64,000 nt of DNA, taken from Tilletiaria anomala UBC 951. Taxonomy: Eukaryota. Where the stretch lies: assembly GCF_000711695.1 (NCBI RefSeq), contig NW_013547015.1, positions 186,001 to 250,000 on the forward strand, read 5' to 3'. A model generated the notes under the pieces. The model searched no databases. It saw only the letters and a program-made list of their open reading frames with translations, and had not been told where the DNA came from. This document shows, piece by piece, positions 1 through 12,733 of the stretch (position 1 is its first letter; every line of letters starts with the position of its first letter). A program made the position numbers and the translations under genes.

Positions 1-1486
1 TGTACGGTGCTGCGTCGGACTGCGATAGCGTGAGTTTTCCCTTCCAAGGCGGGGTCGCACCGAGCTCAGCTTCATCGTCTTCGTCGTCCTCCTCGACCCC
101 GTTCGCCCTGCCGAGGGGAGCGCGGCGACGCTGTACACCCGCGTCGCTTAGACTCTTTCGCCACGTGCTCCCCCCGTTTCCATGCGTACCACTCCCTCCG
201 GGGCGAAGCAATACGCTGTTGAACAATTCCGCTGCGCGCGGGGCTCCTTTCCTCCCGATGCTGATCCCATTCGCCGTATTTGCCGACATTGGCGCGGATT
301 GTGCACACACCGCCGCAAAGAGAGTGTCCGCACGCGGGAGGTTGCGCCGGCGCTTCTGCGCCGGGGTCCTAGGAAGGTCCTCGCCTCGCAACCGCTTGCG
401 CGCCCGCGTGCGCGGCGTATAGTCACGCAGCAGCGTGTCGATCTGCTCACGGTGTGGGTGCGCATCTGCGGCATCCTTGCGTGACGGGGTGCCTTGCTCC
501 ATTGCGCCTCCGTATTGCGGCAGGACCAGCTGCTTGAGCTTCGAAGGCGTCGAGACATAGTGAGGAGAAACGTAGACGAACTCTTTGTCCTTCGCGCCCC
601 TTGCTGAGGAAGTAGGCGTCTTTGCTTGCGACACCGCACCGTTCGACTTGTTCCGAGGCGTCCCTTGAGTAGCTATCGGAGCCTTCAGATGCTCTTGCAC
701 GAACGCATGCTGCTCCGCTTGCGGCCGTCTCGGCGTAGGGAGTGTGAAGCCGCCTGTGGCGCTCTTGTCCCAATCCGCCATGTCCGTCTCATCGTCCTCG
801 TCGGCGTGGGAGAATGCTGTCAGGCGGCCGTGGCGAGTGCGTGCTCTGACTGGAGAAAGCAGGGGAAGCTGTTCTGGCGAGCGGTACGCCTTGCCGTTCG
901 CCGGTTGCTTGAGCCTCTGGCTCGAGGACTTTGCGTCCTTGACTGGGGTCTTGAAAGGGTTGCTCGTCCGTTGCTTGCCTTTCCCTTCGTTAGCGCTCTT
1001 ACCATCGCCACCGCTGGCTTTCTTTGTTGGTGTCAAGAAAAGGTTGGCGAAGACGCGCTGCTTCTTCGGCGTCACCAGGGGTCCCATCGATCCATGTTGC
1101 GCATGCTGCGCTTCCTTCGAGCCCCGTGACGATGTTTCACCCGGCTCACTTTCCTCGGCGTCGGCATAACTCTGACTCTTCCTGCTGCAATGGCGGTCTC
1201 TTCCGTCTTTTTCAGCCGACCGCGATGAAGAAGAGCCGCCGACCCCCTGCTCAGCATTTGCCTTTTGGATGGCGTGCCAGGTATCGTAGGTCGAGGCGAT
1301 GGACGGATGCTGCTGCATGTCCGAGCGTGTCGGGTCTCTTCCATTCTGCATTCATCCGAGCCAAAGGGTGTCAGCCCAAGAATGCAGTAAAGTGGACGCT
1401 TAATTTGCTCGGGAAAGAGGTTCGCTCACCCTGGATTTAAAGTCTTTCTGCCACGCCTTGAGCTCCTTCCTGAGCATGGCCTCCAT
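1..1486 (-). CDS. SLD2: DNA replication regulator Sld2/Drc1 (3' end appears to run off the window start)
   Basis: Exon 1 (1430-1486) encodes MEAMLRKELKAWQKDFKSR. A GT-AG intron (1346-1429) joins it in frame to NGRDPTRSDMQQHPSIASTYDTW, matching the Sld2/RecQ4 N-terminal motif (LKxWExxF...GRxP). CDK consensus sites TPKK, TPTK and TPVK follow in a low-complexity body. Confidence 0.8.
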
Positions 1487-2078
1487 GATGAACAGCTCTG
1501 ATAGGCGGCTCTGCAGTTCGTTCGCATTGATCCCCGTCCATGTGACGTGCAGATGGGCCTGCACCAACCACGCGGCAGCGAAACAGACCCGATAACCTCC
1601 TGTCCTGGAAGCAATCACTTTGCATGCAAGCACCGGCTGAGAGTGTTTGGGGTCGATTCGCAGTCTCCCGTATGTATAGTCCTGGTTACATTCACCAACG
1701 GGTTGTTTGATGAGGCGAGCCCATGCTACAGCACCGCCTGGCACAGACACTGGCAGTTCGCGTCACGCCTCGGAGAAAAGGAGAACGCGACCCGCTGACC
1801 CGCACTCTTTTCTCGGCCGAGTGAACCTAATACTATATCCATCCACCATATCCATGGCACTGCACTGGTGATGATCTGGAGCCTGGTTGCCTGGGGGCCT
1901 CAGGGAACAGGCTGGGCTTGCGTGCTGTCATGAACGTTGTGCTTCCCACACTGGCTCTATATATCTCCTCTCACAGAACCGGCGTCACCGCAAGTCGCAA
2001 GACCGACTGCTCCGTGTTGCAGCCGATAGACTAGTCGTCGGCACCTGCACCTGGGCGGCGTAACACAGTAGGAACGCC

Positions 2079-2951
2079 ATGCCGCGCCCGTCGTCGTCGT
2101 TGTCCGGTCGGCGTGGTGCGTCCCTGTTACCATCGCAGGCGAAGCTGCAAGAGTCGCTCGCTCGGCTCGATGACGATGGCGGCGCCGCATGTCCGAAGAT
2201 GGTCGTGTTCGATCTGGACTACACACTCTGGCCCGCGTGGGTTGACACGCACGTCACGCCACCGCTGAAGCGCGCGCCGCCGACGTCGATCAACCGTGTG
2301 GCGGACCGGCACGGTGAGGCGCTCAGCTTCTTCCCGCACGTCCCTGCCATCCTGCTACACCTCAAGGACAAGGGGATCAAGATCGGCGTGGCGAGCCGCA
2401 CTTCAGCGCCAAGTGCTGCGAGGCAGGCGCTCACCGGCCTTGTGCTGGAGGACACGCGGAAGGGAAAGAAGCCCGGAGAGGAGGTCAAATCGATTGGTGT
2501 GTGTCCCGATTTATTAGGCCACGTGTGTGTCGCTGCTCGCTCGTCTTTGTTGAGTGGCTAAATCTCATCTTGATCAACGTGGCTTGCAGCATTATTCGAC
2601 TATCAAGAAGTACATCCGCAGGAGTTGACAACATTGGTGCAGTGACTGATGCGCTTGCTCTTGTGTCCACAGATCTACCCAGGCTCCAAGCTGACGCACT
2701 TGAAGCGTCTGCACGCCGACTCAGGCATTGCGTATGAGGACATGATCTTCTTTGACGACGAGCACCGGAACAGCGAGGTGGGTAAGCTGGGCGTCCTGTT
2801 CGTCCTCGTCGGGCATCCCGGGCTGGATCTGGGGACGTTCGAGAAGGGGATCAGAGAGTGGCGCCAGCTGAGACAAGCAAGAGCGGAGGAGGGACATGCT
2901 GGGACGAATGGAACGCTACATGATCATAGACAAGACTCAGACGGAGAGTGA
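2079..2951 (+). CDS. MDP1: Magnesium-dependent phosphatase 1 (HAD superfamily IIIC)
   Basis: Motifs VFDLDYTLWP, VASRT, IYPGSK and FFDDEHRN. Exons 2079-2496, 2590-2609 (20-nt microexon, ALFDYQE) and 2673-2951. Confidence 0.9.
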
Positions 2952-3984
2952 CTGTACACGGATAGTCTCCACAATGACATCACAACATAATAGAATCCAA
3001 AAGTCGTCCGTAAGCCAAGCCGAGCGACGTTACTTGCGGTATATGTTCCGGAAGAGGCGCGTGCAAGGAGAATCACAGCGGACGTAAGAGCCGCACGGGA
3101 GGCGCCGCGCATTGCCGCCTGTCACCCTTTTTCGCTGGCCTGCTCCGGCGGCCGCCATCGAAGCTTGAGCAGCCCGACACGATGCAGCGGCGCCCAGCTA
3201 GCGCCTGATGGCCCTGGAGCGCACGCTGATTGCAACCAGTCTTGCTTTCCCGACAGTATAGGATAGGACAGGACAGGACACAGGACCAGCGCCGCTCGAA
3301 GCGCCAACCAGGCCGACGTATGACGAGTTGCCTCCTCGGCTGATGCGCCAGCACCGGCCAAAGCTGTGGCCTCCATCCAACCTGCGGACAACCACCCAAA
3401 TCAACACGACGTGGATTGTAGGGTTAACCATCATGTCGGCGGGGACAACTAGATCAGCAACTGAATCGCTGTGCCGACCCACCATCTTGTCCCCGCAGAC
3501 GAACCCAGACTTGAACTTGCGGACGCAGACAGCCGAAAGAACGTACCCCAGGCGGTCTGGCGGTCCACTGGCAAGTGTTGGCCGCAAAAGGGGGGATGCT
3601 CGCGTACAATGTAATCAATCGTATGCAGGCACAAGGTATGTACGGAGGATCCACTCTTCCCGCTGCCGCAGCTGCGCAAAGCCGCCACACACTGACATAG
3701 CGTAGAAGCTGCATGAGCCTGCTGCATGTTGGGCACGACTGCTGCCGTGCCTGTTGAGTCCTGGCGGACAATACTCGCCCTCTGCGCCTCCTCTCGAGTC
3801 TTGGCTCGGCTCGCTCTCCCTTCTGCTATCGCTCCTTGGTCGAGCTTACAACATCTCCTCGTCCATACATGAATAGCCAGATTGTACGCTGCCGAGGAGA
3901 GCATAGCACAGCTGCAGCACCAGCTTCAGTACCATCAGTCAGCAAGAACGCCCATCTGCTCTGTTTAACCCTTGAGTCGGCACC

Positions 3985-6076
3985 ATGGCTGGCGCAAGAC
4001 GCAACCTGGCCAACAGCCGCCACTCCCGCGCAGCACTCGACGACATCCTCGCCCTCTCCTTTGGGGAGCAGCCTTCCTCCCCAAGCTCGAGTAGCGGCAT
4101 CGGAGCCATCGGCGCTGGTGGAACTGGGGTCACAGAGCAAGCATCAGACTACCATCCGTTTTCACTACCCTCTGCTCGCCGGATAGGCGGCGAGAGCCAC
4201 ACCCGTCGTCCGCCGCCGCAGAGGAGCACCATCGCGCCGCCGAACGACAGCAGCGAGAGCGGCGAGCACGAGGTCTTCTTTGATTCTGGAGACGCCATGC
4301 TGGAGCATGCTGATAACGTGCTACCAGCTCATTCGTCACAGAGCTTCTCGACCGCAGTACAAGCACCAGCGACGGCGCCGGCACCCTCCACATCTGGCGG
4401 CACCCCTGCTGGCGACGCACTTCCCTCGTACGACTTTGAGCGCCAGTCGTACTTCTCAGCACATGCAATGCCTCCTTCAGCGTCGGGCTCCAGCAGTTTG
4501 ATGCAGACACGTTCACTGAGTCGTGCGTCAAACCAGGGAGTGGCGTCAGCGTCTCGTGCGTACTATGCAGCTGGCGCAGGCAGCGACGCCGCAGCTCCGG
4601 CCTCCGGCTCGACTGTGCACCTCGGAAGCTACGGTGGGAACAGTAATGCACCGAACAGCAACAATGCTGTTGGCCTGGCAGGTGCAAGCTCAAGCGCAGG
4701 ATCCGGCATGCCAGAGACTAACGTGAGCCGCCTCCGCGTCCTACTCGGGCGTTTTGGCCGACTCGTCGGCATGCGCGTACCCGGCGCACTGTACTCGACG
4801 CTCTCGCAGAACGACCGCGAGGAAGTAGCGCAAGAAGGATCAGGCAGCAGCGCACATATGCGGCGTATCGTCGTCGGCAGCGGACTTGGCTCCGATGGCG
4901 TCTTTGCCAACCTCAGCGCCAAACCCGACCGCCGACGGCAGAGGAGGGATGAGAATGGACAGGGGGCGGATAGAGGCGAGGACGATGATTTAGTACGTTC
5001 TACTGTCATTCTTGGAATCGGAACAAGTCCATGCTGAAGTTGACTGACGCTTGCTCCTGCTTTTCCATCTCCAGGAGGATGAAGTCCACCCACCCAACTA
5101 CGAAGCAGCAGCCGCAGACCAAGCGCCGCCGTACTGGGAGACAACAATCATCGGTGGACCAGGCTCATTGCACCCTCTCGCACCGGGCGGGCTCGGCTGG
5201 ACGCCTGGTTCACCGGTGATCGGCGCGATCGAGGACTTGATCCTTGAAGGCCTGCCTATCGGCAACCTTTTCGGCTTCGCGTGGAACCTCCTCGTCAGCA
5301 GCTCCTTTCAATTCGTCGGCTTCCTGCTCACGTACCTCTTGCACACCACCCACGCAGCCAAGTGCGGCAGTCGTGCCGGCCTCGGCATCACGCTCGTCCA
5401 GTACGGCTATTACCTCCGCTCGGGCGCTGCGCATCTGCAAGCCGTGCAAGCGCAAGACGGCGGCGGCGGCAACCATCATGCAGACGACTTGGCAGATGAC
5501 CCAGCTAGCAAGGATGAACAGCAGCAGCTGAGGCAGCAGAAAGACGCGATAGTCTCCAACGAAGTGCTCGCGTACATCCTCATCGCACTAGGCTTCTTCA
5601 TCCTCGTCAACAGTCTGCTGTCCTATTGGCGCGTCTACCGCTGGGGCTACCAGCTCGTCGGCGCCGCGCGGCGTGAACAGGCTGCCGCTGCTGCTGCTGC
5701 TGATGCTGATGCTGATGCTACTCATGACACGGCGACGGCCGCTGCTGATGCAGACACCCCACAGTCTCCGTACACCTTAGCGACGCGCGTGCGCGCCTTC
5801 TTCGCTGGCGGAATCCCCGGCAGCAGCAGCAGCGGCGCAGGTAGCACCAGAGCGCACGATGCAGAAGACTGGATCATCTTCCCCGGCGCTGGCCGGCGGC
5901 TGACGGACGTCGAAGAAGGGCGCGCCGGTCGCGAACCGCGTCGCGCAGCCGATGATGACGACGACCAGGAGGACAATGAACACGACTCACGCCAGGCAAT
6001 GCACCCAAGGCAGCACTCAAGTCCCGAAGAAGCGCGCCTGGTCAACGACCTGAGAGCGACCGGCTTCCTGTCGTGA
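3985..6076 (+). CDS. BSD2: Metal homeostasis protein Bsd2-like (NDFIP/DUF2370 Rsp5 adaptor)
   Basis: DGVFANLSAKP, PPNYE (PY motif), PPYWETT and the TM region GNLFGFAWNLLVSSSFQFVGFLLTYLLHTTHAAKCGSRAGLGITL. One intron, ~4995-5073. Confidence 0.85.
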
Positions 6077-6385
6077 TTTCGCACCACTCCATCGCTCGCC
6101 GCCTCGTTCCTCGGTTCCCCGTCTTTCGTGTAGCATGCTGTTCGCCCCCGGACGAGCGACTGACTGTTGTAAAATCCCATGCAAATCGCATATGTTCATA
6201 TTTTTGCAATTGCCATGATGCTCCACGATCTGAAGGGACGCTGCACAGGTCTGTTCTCATGCGCCATGCATGCTATGTGTATATGGCAAGTTTTCTTCAC
6301 CCACTCTGGTTTGCATTGCGACAAAGGTCATTTTTGCGCGTCAAAGGTGTGGACGTGGAATTTAATACAGCAGCTCATGGAGTAG

Positions 6386-9300
6386 TCACAGCTCCTCGTC
6401 TTCGTCTTTCATTTGCGATCTGCAAGGGGACCGCGAAACATTGTTTAGCCTCCGTCAGTCTCTTGTCATGCTGTGGACCGAGGATCGGGCAAGCACGCCA
6501 AGATGGGGTTGGACACTCACGGCTTGAGCATTCCGGGAATCTTAGCAGCCTGTTCGCGCTCCGCCGCAGCCTTTGCCTCCTTATCCTCTTGGAACAGATC
6601 CGCATTGTCCGACGCGCGACCCGACTGCTCGCGAGAGGTGATGAGGAAGTCTCGTACGTGTCCCTTGTACGTGGCAAGGTCGCTCGAATGCTGGCATAGC
6701 CCGGTGACGAATTGTTCAATGTACGCACTGTGCAAGGCGTGTTGTCCATGTCAGCGAGCGTACTACCCGACGAAGCAAAGGAGGAAGACGCGCAGAGGCA
6801 TACTCACGGCTGAATGTTCGGGAACGCGTTACGGAGGAGCTCGCTAGTGTATTGTCGGATGAAAAGGCGGTTATTCATGTCTGGAGAGTTAGCAGACTCA
6901 GGCCATAGCGGCGCTTGCACGCGATCCGTCTCGATCAGCTCAAAGACTCTTGCCAACAGCAAGCATTGCGTTTTGAAGCCTTTCGCAAACAAGTTCGGTT
7001 AGCGACCAAAGGGAAACTTGCAACCGAGAACCCACCGAAGAGAGAGAGACTCACCACTCTTATGGTCAGCATCCGTGAGCACGAAGAAGATGTCTTGCAT
7101 GATGGCCAAGAGATACGCCTGGAAGAAACCGTTTGCGACCTGAGGCTCGGACCCGGTAATGTTGTTGATGAGCTCCAAGCAGATGTTCAAGCCCGTATCG
7201 GCGATGTCCCTCATGGTATGCTTGATCGCCCAGATGATGCTGTCCATCGTCAGCCTGAATTTTTCCGGCGGCAGCGTGAGTAGCGCCTGGAAGCAGTTTG
7301 CGTTAATCGCGCGCAGCAGCTTGAAGAAGCCGACGCGATGCTCAGGGAACTCGGAAAAGTCTTGGTTGATCATGCTCAGCGTGGGCTCGAAGACAGCGTC
7401 GAGCGTGGGCTGAATCTGCTCATTGAGCAGCGAGCCCATGCGCGTCGTGATAGTCGCCATGACGTTGAGCACTTCCGCATCACGTGCTGCCGGCACGTTG
7501 TTGCGGTAGTCGCCGAGTATGGCGTCTAAGAGCGATGGGATGAAGTTCTGGTTGATGTATTCGAGGTCCTCGGCGCGCCGGACATACGTCTCGACGAGTC
7601 GCAGGATCTCCTTCTTAATCGTGCGCAAGCCGCGCACCATGGGCGTCTTGGTGGCGATCTGCCCGTCCGAATTTACCTTCTGGCTGATGATCCCGCTGAC
7701 ACTCTTGTACAACGCGAGCATGTCCAGGTAGATCCTGCCCATCTGCGGAAGGAAGAATGTCCCGATGGACGTGCAGGCAGCAACATTCGTCTTAAGCACG
7801 TTGGCCAAGATCTTGATGTTCTCTGGGCTCGAGAAGACATCGACGTTGTTGTGCGCCTGCTGCAAGATGTTATCCCACGCCGAATTCGGGAGCTCCATCA
7901 GTTTGGCGATGAGGCGCTCCTGCGATGGCTTATTGGGCTGCGCTGCAATCATGTATCCTACTGCCTCGTAGAAGGTGTGCACCTGCTGCGGCGACAAATC
8001 AACAGTGATGCGATGCAGCGTCCGCAGAATCTCGTCCACGAACGGCTCCTGCTCGCCGGACTGCTGCATCACGAAATGGCGCCGGCATTTTTGCGCGATC
8101 TTCAGGAATGTGTCGCACGCCATGTCTTGTACACCTACGTGCGACCCATACAGAACAAGGTCAAAAGTGTCAACGCAGTCCTTGGCCCGGGAACCCACAA
8201 CTCAGAAAATTCGGATGCCCACCTTCATGTGTCTCGTGCATGAATTCGAAGTTTTTATTGACGACCGTCTTGAGGAACTTCCAATGAGCCTTGAGGAAGC
8301 GAGGATACTGCCCGACGATGTACATGATGTTGGACGCGACGACAGCCTTGTTGTCCTTGCCCCTTTTCATCTCGCACAGGCCGAGTAGGTCCTTGATGAC
8401 GGTGACGAGGAATCGCTTCTCGGTCTCCTCGCTCATCGCGCCGGAAATCGAGCCGATGGCCCAGCAGAGAGTGTTCAATTGGGACCAGCCCCACTCGGAC
8501 CCGTCGACCTGCCGTGAAAGCTTCTCGGTCATGATGTTCTCCGTGTCGACCGTGTCGAGGTGGGTGAGGTAGACGAGCACCTCGCGCATGCTCTTGTACA
8601 GCACGATCGTGTCACTCTCCTTCATGAACTCGCGCACGATCTCGCCTTCGTCGTTCTCGACGATCAGCACCTCCTCTGGCTTGACCATGCGCTCGATCAT
8701 AACGAGTCGCAGGTTGGACAGGATCTCGGCATAGAGGTTCTTGCGCAGGTTCACGCCGGCCATGGCAGCAGACGCGTGCGGGCCGTGCGCGCCAAAGCCG
8801 TTGCCAAGGTTCAGACCGAGCAGCGGGTTCATCTCGGTGATCGGCAGCGACTGCAGCTCGTCATAGAGCTCGCTGACGAGCTTCTGCCAGTACTCCAAGC
8901 AGATTTTGAACACCTCGCGCTCGGGCACCTGCGAGATCTTGATAAGGTAGCTGTGCGCGTTCAGCAGCACCTCCTTGTGCTCGTCCACCTCAATCAGCTT
9001 CAGATGCGTAGTGAGGAAGTTGCATATGAACAGCGCCAGATTCAGTACCAGCTCCTGATCCGCGTCTGCGCTATCCTCGTACGCTGCGGCGATGTTCGTG
9101 TTCGGCGGGATCATCCTGTTCACCGCCGACATGACCAGCTTGAACAGGACGACGAACTTTGTATTGTACTCGGGTACGTTGAGCGCCGCGATCTCCGAGA
9201 GGCACTTGAGCGTGACATTGCGGAAGTCAGGCACTTCGAGGAAGCGCCCGATCAGGTGGTCGATGATTGTCGTCTCGAAGATGAACCCGAGCGGGATCCA

Positions 9301-10238
9301 GTTCAAGAAGCGCAACGTCGTCTCGAGCGTCGCCTTAATGAGGCTCGGCTTCTGCGCCTTCTCCAGCACTTCGGAGCAGAGCTTGAAGACCTCGCTGAAC
9401 TCGGAGCACATCTGATTCTTCAACGCTTTCGTCTTTGCTTGCGTCATCTGCTCGGCCGAGTAGTCAAAGATCTCCTCAGACAGCAGGCGCAGGATGGCCA
9501 TGTTGTTCTCACAGATCGGCAGCGAAGTCTTGGACGACGCGACGATCTCCGAGATGAAGTTTGGCCAGTTGTGCGGCCACTCTTGCTTGAGGATCTGGAT
9601 GAGCGTCATGTCTAGCTTGTTGATGTAGGTCTTTTGCTTGCGTAGATTCGCCTCGTCACTCGACTGCGCAATGATCGTCTCGACGATAAAGTTCCGGATA
9701 CCTGCACGCAAGGCAAGAGGTTGAAGCGTCAGCTTTGGCATGTCGACCCTGCTTCAGCCTGGCCGAAAGGGCCGCACCTTGCTGTTGATCTGCTGGGAGC
9801 GTCTTCCATCGTAGATTGATCAGCTTGTCCAGAATCTGCAATGCAATGTACTTGGTCTCGTTCCGACTGGACTGCTGCAAGATGACCGGCACGCGTTGCC
9901 ACGCGTCCGGATGCTCTTGGAACTGCGCCAGCAGCGTCTGTGCTTGTTTTTGCTGGTTGCGGTGAGAGGCGTGCGTAAGTGAAACTGAATGGACACAGGC
10001 TAGTCAGGCAGGCAGGCACTCACGTCAGGGCCTGCACCCTGGTACATCATGCCAACGACATTGTCGAGGGCGTCGATGTCCAGGTCCTTGCTGAAGTCGA
10101 GAATCGTCTGCGGCAGCGATTGGAAGAGGGAGAATGCGCACGAGATGCAAGGGGCCGTAGCATTCACGTCAATCATAGCAAGAGCGCAAAAGGCTCGCCC
10201 ATTTTTGCTTGCACACTGTTTCTTGTACTCACATCCAT
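6386..10238 (-). CDS. CRM1: Exportin-1 / CRM1
   Basis: Hallmark segments ILKQEWPHNWP, EVLIVENDEGEIVRE, LNTLCWAIGSISG, DLLGLCEMKRGKDNKAVVASNIMY and FSEFPEHRVGFF. First coding exon is ATGGAT (10233-10238), exon 2 is 10024-10107, several further GT-AG introns follow, and the last exon ends PSQMKDEDEEL-TGA. Confidence 0.97.
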
Positions 10239-11252
10239 CGTGGCGAGTAGCTTGCTAGGAAGCGATCCTTCTCTGCGTACGCGAGTATCTTTTTCTTTCC
10301 TGCCACTCCGTTGCTGTCGCTGTTGCTAGCAAAAGCGTTGCTTGGCACCTGCTCCCTGCTGCTCGATGTCAGCGCAAAGACTTGTGTGGCGACCGCCGGA
10401 CACTCGTACCTCCTGACGTGGTGGCCACAAAGCGCCGCTGTCGATAGCACCCCCCAAATGCGCAGCGCTGTTGCTGCGGCGGCGTGGGCCGGGCGGATAT
10501 ACTTGCAACGCAAGAAGAAGTAGGCGGAGGAAGAGAAGAAGGAGAGGGAGAAGAAGAAAGAAGAAAGTTGCGAGCCAGCTCTTGGGCGACAGGCAACTCG
10601 AACGGCAACGTCGTCGAAGATACGCGTCGAGCCTGTCCGCTTTGGTTCTCGATTTCGCCGCAGCCCGCACCAGGGTTGGTCGATAGGGCAGCTAGGGATG
10701 AGGGCGGACAGTGCAAAAGGGGCGGGAGACAAACACTGCCTTTTCTGCTGTGATCGACCTTGACGCTGCTGTTGATCACTGCACGATCCTAGGGAGCGAG
10801 GTGTTGGAGCGGAGGAAACGAATGCTCTCGAGATGTTTGAGCACACGCCATCAATCCATCCATCCATTCAAATTGATTCAATCCTCTCTAGGGCGTGATC
10901 CTGACCCGGCTCCTCGGAGTTACACTATGACTGACGACTGAGTTGTTACAGGGCACGGCAGCACTCGTCTTTGCGCCTTGCCACCAGACCAGACCACCCA
11001 CACTCAAACTCGGTTCCGCTACGTTTCTCTCAACAGGTGCCATCATTTCAGCAAGCCCCGCCAGCACAGCAGTGTGCATGTACCACTGCTTACATAGTCG
11101 TACATGGTGATGTCGAGAACCAGCAGCACCTGGTCTACTCGCTGCATACGTCGGTCACCCGTTACAGTTTGCGGTTGGCGACACGCTGACCGTAATATAA
11201 TGCAGCCGTGATCGTCTTTCTCTTCTCGATTTGGCTGTGGGTTATGTGCTGG

Positions 11253-11273
11253 TATATATATATATATATATAT
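11253..11273. repeat. (TA)n microsatellite
   Basis: About 10 TA units seen directly. Confidence 0.9.
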
Positions 11274-12526
11274 GGGCGGCACCCCCAGATTCTGATCCTG
11301 CTCGCCGAGCAGCGGGGGCCAAGCGATAGTCTTTTCCCACGGCGCCTCTTGGCCATCTTCAATGAGGTTCTCGCGGTCAAGAATTGCACAGGAGAGAGCG
11401 GGCCGATGTGATTTATGTAGCAGAGCCCAGCGGTGCGAGTCAAGTGTGCTTCTGGTTTGTACAAAGATGAAGCACGAAGCATCACCAAGTCCCTCGATCC
11501 CAGAGGGAGCCCAAAGGACCTGCCCTTACGCCCATGCGAGTGGCAGGCTGTCTACGGAGCCTGGTAGGCTCGTATTAGGACGCGTGGTCCGTCTCTTAGG
11601 GTATCGAGTCTCTCCCGACGCTCTGAAGAGTTTTTCGAAGAGTCTAATATATGCTGGTCCTGGCCTGGCTACCCCTGCGTGGCGGTCTTTGTACGCGAGA
11701 CCCCGGGGGGGAGGAGGAGCAGTCGTCATGCATAGTCCGGCGCGAGACTGTTCAGAGAGCTCATGGACTTTCGTCGCAAGCGACTTTTGGCAACAGAATG
11801 GCGCGCGGTTTGGCCAAGAGCTTCTATCCAGCTGGGGATCTCATTATCATTGGGGGTCCGGCTGCTTGCCAGTTGCTTGCTTGCTTTTCTTTCGTGGGCA
11901 GAAGGGAATGGCGGACCAGCGTGTGCAAGAAAGAGGTAGAGCTCTCTCTCAGTCTCCCTTTCATCCTGTTCCATACCTGTTTCTGTTGTTTGACTCATCT
12001 GAACCGCTGCAGCACCACAGCAGTGGAGGAGTGCAGGCATCGGCACAGTCAAGTGCGCCTGGGTTTCTGAGCGGCACCACAACAGTCTGAATGGGGGTCT
12101 GCGCTGGTACGTCTGGCGTGCTGAGGCTTGACTTAACTACTGCGGTGTGCTGCTGATCACCTTCCCTCTTTATCACCTCCCTCTTCCCATCCATCCCAAG
12201 CCATCCTCCCCAAACCTCGAGCTCTGGCATCGTCGTCGTCTCATCCATCCAGCCCCTCTCGCAAGCTGAGCTTGCTTGATCTGCACGCTGACCACCCCCG
12301 AGGCAGAGCCAGAGGTAGAGGCAGTGGCAGTGGCAGACGCCAATCAGTCGATACCGACCGGCAGTCTGGCCTGATTGCAGGACGAGCCGAGTCGCCTCTT
12401 TCGACTATCCATCCACCCGTCTCCACCGTTACATATCATCACCCCTCTCCTCTCCAAGACAGCGAAGGAGCTTCCCAGCTGGTGAGTGTTACTGTACGTG
12501 GATACCCCTCGCTCGATGCTGCGGCC

Positions 12527-12548
12527 TGGATGGATGGATGGATGGATG
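12527..12548. repeat. (GGAT)n microsatellite
   Basis: tggatggatggatggatggatg upstream of the large coiled-coil gene. Confidence 0.85.
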
Positions 12549-12733
12549 CTGATCACTCTCACCCACCTCTTGCGCAGCGACCGCCCCTCCCGTTAGCCGA
12601 TCTGGAATCGATCTCCTCCCTCTCTTTCCCCGGACAGACGCACAGGCGAGGTGCTGAGCATCCCAGCCTCCACCCCTCATTGAGCACGCATTTAAAGCCA
12701 CTCCGAACCGGTTTGGAGGGAAAGGCGAGCAAG

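Noticed and set aside
3259..3286. GGATA/GGACA pentamer run; checked as a possible CRISPR-like or larger repeat
   Set aside because: Simple short tandem repeat with no spacers, in a eukaryotic context.
8560..9615. 351-aa antisense ORF inside CRM1 (and similar antisense ORFs at 29596-30507, 37004-37876, 23511-24317, 35665-36438)
   Set aside because: Shadow ORFs expected from GC-rich codon bias on the strand opposite real genes; no recognisable protein motifs.
11362..12090. 242-aa ORF in the CRM1/golgin-like intergenic region
   Set aside because: Random-looking composition, no motifs; probably promoter/UTR sequence.
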